NCBI GenBank assembly: GCA_963765205.1
Contig: CAVXVB010000005.1
Coordinates: 320,001 to 384,000, forward strand
Length of the DNA: 64,000 nt
Direction: 5' to 3'
Source: an uncultured Verrucomicrobiae bacterium
GTDB lineage: Bacteria; Verrucomicrobiota; Verrucomicrobiia; Opitutales; JABDGR01
Shown: piece after piece, positions 60,867-64,000 of the stretch
How positions within the stretch are numbered: the stretch's first letter is position 1
How the letters are laid out: every line of letters starts with the position of its first letter
Made by a program: the position numbers and the translations under genes
Notes under the pieces: generated by a model
The model's input: the letters and a program-made list of their open reading frames with translations, nothing else
Told to the model about the DNA's origin: nothing
Databases searched by the model: none

Positions 60867-61955
60867 TCACGCATAGGCCGCGCCGCCCAGCAGGAGATCG
60901 CCTTCATAAAGTGCCACGATTTGGCCGGGGGCCAGCGCGCGCTGCGGTTCCGCGAAAACGATGCGCGCGCGGGTGGGATCTGCCGCGTCTACCGCCAGGG
61001 TCGCGGCGGCGGCGGGGTCACGGTAACGCGGTCGCGCAAAAACTGAATGCGGCGTGCCCACGGCGAGCACCCGGTTCGTCCAATGCAAATCACGGAGCGC
61101 GAACTCGCGTCCCCACAACCCCGGCGCGTCCGGCTCGTCAAAGGCGACGACCAGCGCATTGTGCTCCTGATCCTTGCCGACGACGACGTACGCCTTGTGA
61201 TCCGTGTTCGACGGCACGCCGATGCCGTGGCGCTGGCCAAGCGTGTAGCGGTGCAGCCCGCGGTGCAGGCCCAGTTCACGGCCCGCGGGGGTGACAATCG
61301 GGCCGGGCTGTTCGGGAATGTATTGATCGAGAAACGTGTTGACCGGCACGCGCCCGAGGAAGCAAATGCCCTGGCTGTCCTTGCGCTCAGCGTTGGGCAG
61401 GCCGGCCTGGCGGGCCAGGTCGCGTACCTGCGGCTTGTGCAAATGGCCCACGGGAAAAAGCGCGCGGCGCAAACTTTCCTGCCGTACCAGCGCGAGAAAA
61501 TACGACTGGTCCTTGTTCGGGTCAGCGCCCGTGAGCACGTCCACCGAGCCGTTCGGCTCTTTCTGCCGGCGCACATAATGGCCCGTGGCGACGTATTCAC
61601 AGCCGAGGCGCGTGGCGTGGCTGGTGAGCACGCCGAACTTGATTTCACGGTTGCACATGCAGTCGGGGTTGGGCGTGCGGCCCCCCGCGTAGCCCGAAAC
61701 GAGATAATCTACGACCCGTGTGCGGTAGTCCTCCATGAGATTCAGGACGTGGAAGGGCACGCCGATTTTTTTGGCGACGGCCCGGGCGTCCGCCAAATCG
61801 CGCTCCCAGGGACAATCGGCAATAACAGCCGTGCCCTCTTCGTGCATCCAGGTGCGCATATACGCGCCCACGACTTCGTGGCCCTGCTCGCGCAGGAGCA
61901 GGGCGGCCACGGCGCTGTCCACGCCGCCCGAAAGCGCTGCCAGAATGCGGGCCAT
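60867..61955 (-). CDS. mnmA: tRNA-specific 2-thiouridylase MnmA
   Basis: ALSGGVDSAVAA, GRTPNPDCMCNREIKF, ATGHY, KDQSYFL, DSQGICF, PGQ. Confidence 0.97.
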   Translation of the reverse strand: MARILAALSGGVDSAVAALLLREQGHEVVGAYMRTWMHEEGTAVIADCPWERDLADARAVAKKIGVPFHVLNLMEDYRTRVVDYLVSGYAGGRTPNPDCMCNREIKFGVLTSHATRLGCEYVATGHYVRRQKEPNGSVDVLTGADPNKDQSYFLALVRQESLRRALFPVGHLHKPQVRDLARQAGLPNAERKDSQGICFLGRVPVNTFLDQYIPEQPGPIVTPAGRELGLHRGLHRYTLGQRHGIGVPSNTDHKAYVVVGKDQEHNALVVAFDEPDAPGLWGREFALRDLHWTNRVLAVGTPHSVFARPRYRDPAAAATLAVDAADPTRARIVFAEPQRALAPGQIVALYEGDLLLGGAAYA

Positions 61956-62058
61956 TCCGACAGTCTCGAGTTTCGGGTTTGAAGTTTCGAGTTAAAAAAC
62001 CAAGGCTTACAAATCCAACCAGGCATGTTATAAGCTACCCTTCCGCTCCATTTACCCC

Positions 62059-64000
62059 ATGTCCGAACGCCATCTCCTCGAAGCCTTTTGGGAAACCAGC
62101 GAACGCGGCCTCGCCATCCTTGCGCGCGACTGGACCGACCCCGCCCGCCCGCCGCCGCTGCGCCTCAATCCTGGCGACCGGCCTTTGCGCCTGCTCCGGC
62201 AGGTCTCGCCCTTTGTCTATGGCCGGCGCGCCGGCTGCTTTATCCACGGGCCGGACCTTGAGTTCGTCTTTTGGCCGCCGTATTATCCCAACCTCGACTG
62301 GGAGGATGAGCAGATTTTCGTGGCCGGGGATTTCAATGGCTGGCAAAAAGCGTTGGACGACCCCGCCTGGCAATTGCGACGTGAAATCCGCGACGGGCAG
62401 GGATATCTCGCGCTGCGCGTGCCCAAGGAAAAATGTCTCGGGCACCACCCTGCGCGCTTCAAGTTCATCACCGCCGAAGGCCGCTGGCAGGAATTGCCGC
62501 CGGATGTAATCAACCGCGACCGCGCCGGCGATTACGAAAATTATGTCATCGAGCCGGCGCGAACCGGCCTCCATGTTTTCTATTTTTGGGTGGACGAGGC
62601 GCACTACCTGCTCCGACGCTCGGAACTGGTCTGGGCCGACGGCGGCGGGCGTGAGACCTGCGACATCACTAATAGCGACTACCTGCTCAGCCACGCCACG
62701 GACCGGCCCCTCGGCGCCCAGCCCGAGGCCGACCGCACGGTTTTTTCCCTCTTCTCCCCGCGCGCCTCGCGCGTGAGTTTGCGCGTTTATGAAGATCCCG
62801 CCGGCCCGTTTACCTTGCAGGTGGATTTGTCCCGGCACCACGATGGCTGCTGGGAGGCGACCCTGCCGCACAACCTCCACGGCCATTACTACGATTACCA
62901 TATCGAGGGGGACAACTACGACGGCACGCGCCTGTTCAACCCCCGTATGCGCATCCTTGATCCCTACGCGCTGGCCACAGTCGGCCGCACCGGGCCGGGT
63001 CTGATTCTCGACGCTGGAAAATTCCCGCCGCCCGCGGCGGGCTTCATTCCGCCGTCCTGGCACGATCTCGTCATGGTCGAGGCGCATGTGCGCGACCTGC
63101 TCGCGCACGCGCCCCTCGAATTGCCGCCGGTCGAGCGCCGCGGCTTCAAGGGTCTCACCCAATGGCTGCGTTCGCCCGACTGCTATTTGCGCCGGCTCGG
63201 CGTCAATGCCGTCGAGCTGCAACCCGTGCAGGAATTCGACAACGAGCGGCCGGAAGATTACCACTGGGGCTACATGCCGGTGAATTATTTCGCGCCCGCC
63301 GGCGCCTACTCGACCGATCCTGCGCGCGGCGCGGCCATCGCCGAGTTTCGCGAGCTGGTCGCCGCCTTTCACGCGGCCGGCCTGGCCGTCATCCTCGACG
63401 TTGTTTACAACCATGTCGGCGAACCCAACCACCTGTTCAGCATTGACAAATATTATTATTTTACCTGCGATCACGAAGGCCACCTCACCAATTGGAGCGG
63501 CTGCGGCAACGACCTGCGCACCACCACCCCGATGGCGCGCCGCCTGATTATTGACAGCCTCATCCATTTCATCCGCGCCTTCGACGTGGACGGCTTTCGG
63601 GTGGACCTCGCCGATCTGGTCGGCCTCGCCACGCTCAAGGAAGTCGAAACCTCGCTCAAGGCCGTCAAGCCGTCCATCATCCTCATTGCCGAGCCGTGGA
63701 GCTTCAAGGGTCACATCGGCCACGCGCTACGGCACACCGGCTGGTCGTCGTGGAACGACCATTACCGCGAGTTCGTCACCCAATACGTCTGCGGCCAGGG
63801 CAATGCGGAGGGCCTGCGTTTTTTCCTCACCGGCTCGCGCGGCTCCATCGCCACCTGGCCGGCACAGACTGTCAATTATGTGCAGTCGCACGATGATCGT
63901 GCGTGGGTGGATCGCATCACGGAAAACCCCGGCCATCGCGGCGACATGCCGACGCCGACCGACATCCGCCGGCACCATTTGTTTGCCGCCATCCTGATGT
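62059..64000 (+). CDS. GH13 pullulanase/isoamylase-like glycosidase, truncated by the window edge
   Basis: Manual translation from ATG 62059: FVAGDFNGW, DPYA, ELQPVQEF, YHWGYMPVNYFAP, ILDVVYNH, DGFRVDLA, IAEPW, YVQSHDD. Confidence 0.88.
   Translation, partial: MSERHLLEAFWETSERGLAILARDWTDPARPPPLRLNPGDRPLRLLRQVSPFVYGRRAGCFIHGPDLEFVFWPPYYPNLDWEDEQIFVAGDFNGWQKALDDPAWQLRREIRDGQGYLALRVPKEKCLGHHPARFKFITAEGRWQELPPDVINRDRAGDYENYVIEPARTGLHVFYFWVDEAHYLLRRSELVWADGGGRETCDITNSDYLLSHATDRPLGAQPEADRTVFSLFSPRASRVSLRVYEDPAGPFTLQVDLSRHHDGCWEATLPHNLHGHYYDYHIEGDNYDGTRLFNPRMRILDPYALATVGRTGPGLILDAGKFPPPAAGFIPPSWHDLVMVEAHVRDLLAHAPLELPPVERRGFKGLTQWLRSPDCYLRRLGVNAVELQPVQEFDNERPEDYHWGYMPVNYFAPAGAYSTDPARGAAIAEFRELVAAFHAAGLAVILDVVYNHVGEPNHLFSIDKYYYFTCDHEGHLTNWSGCGNDLRTTTPMARRLIIDSLIHFIRAFDVDGFRVDLADLVGLATLKEVETSLKAVKPSIILIAEPWSFKGHIGHALRHTGWSSWNDHYREFVTQYVCGQGNAEGLRFFLTGSRGSIATWPAQTVNYVQSHDDRAWVDRITENPGHRGDMPTPTDIRRHHLFAAILM

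Overview
GC-rich bacterial chromosome segment. Gene styles and C-terminal sorting-type domains suggest Verrucomicrobiota/Opitutae (inference, not tested). The housekeeping backbone includes rpsU, pheT, pheS, rplT, rpmI, secA, lnt, rpoD, dnaG, uvrB, clpS, recN, mnmA, a PilMNOPQ-like/secretin cluster with a pilin, and a GH13 glycosidase. Accessory DNA interrupts it at several points. (1) Bases 1-7829 look like the end of an integrative island (CzcCBA-type RND efflux plus a two-component system) that abuts an isolated 5' half of tRNA-Lys(UUU) cut exactly after the anticodon loop. (2) A pectin-degradation trio: lactonase, PL4 lyase and PL22 lyase. (3) A toxin-antitoxin hot spot (HicAB, nucleotidyltransferase pair, HEPN-MNT) with a PhcB-like methyltransferase. 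(4) A complete 3003-bp IS1-family element (18-bp TIRs, 8-bp TSD) carrying a trypsin-like protease, a membrane ORF, a small basic protein, a shared operator-like 10-mer and a structured noncoding end. (5) A restriction-modification module (HTH-fused nuclease, palindromic operator) plus a HEPN-like gene between pheS and pheT. Intergenic heptamer arrays and REP-like dyads are frequent, and several promoters appear leaderless. A few frameshifts may be sequencing errors. All protein calls come from motif recognition by eye, without database searches.
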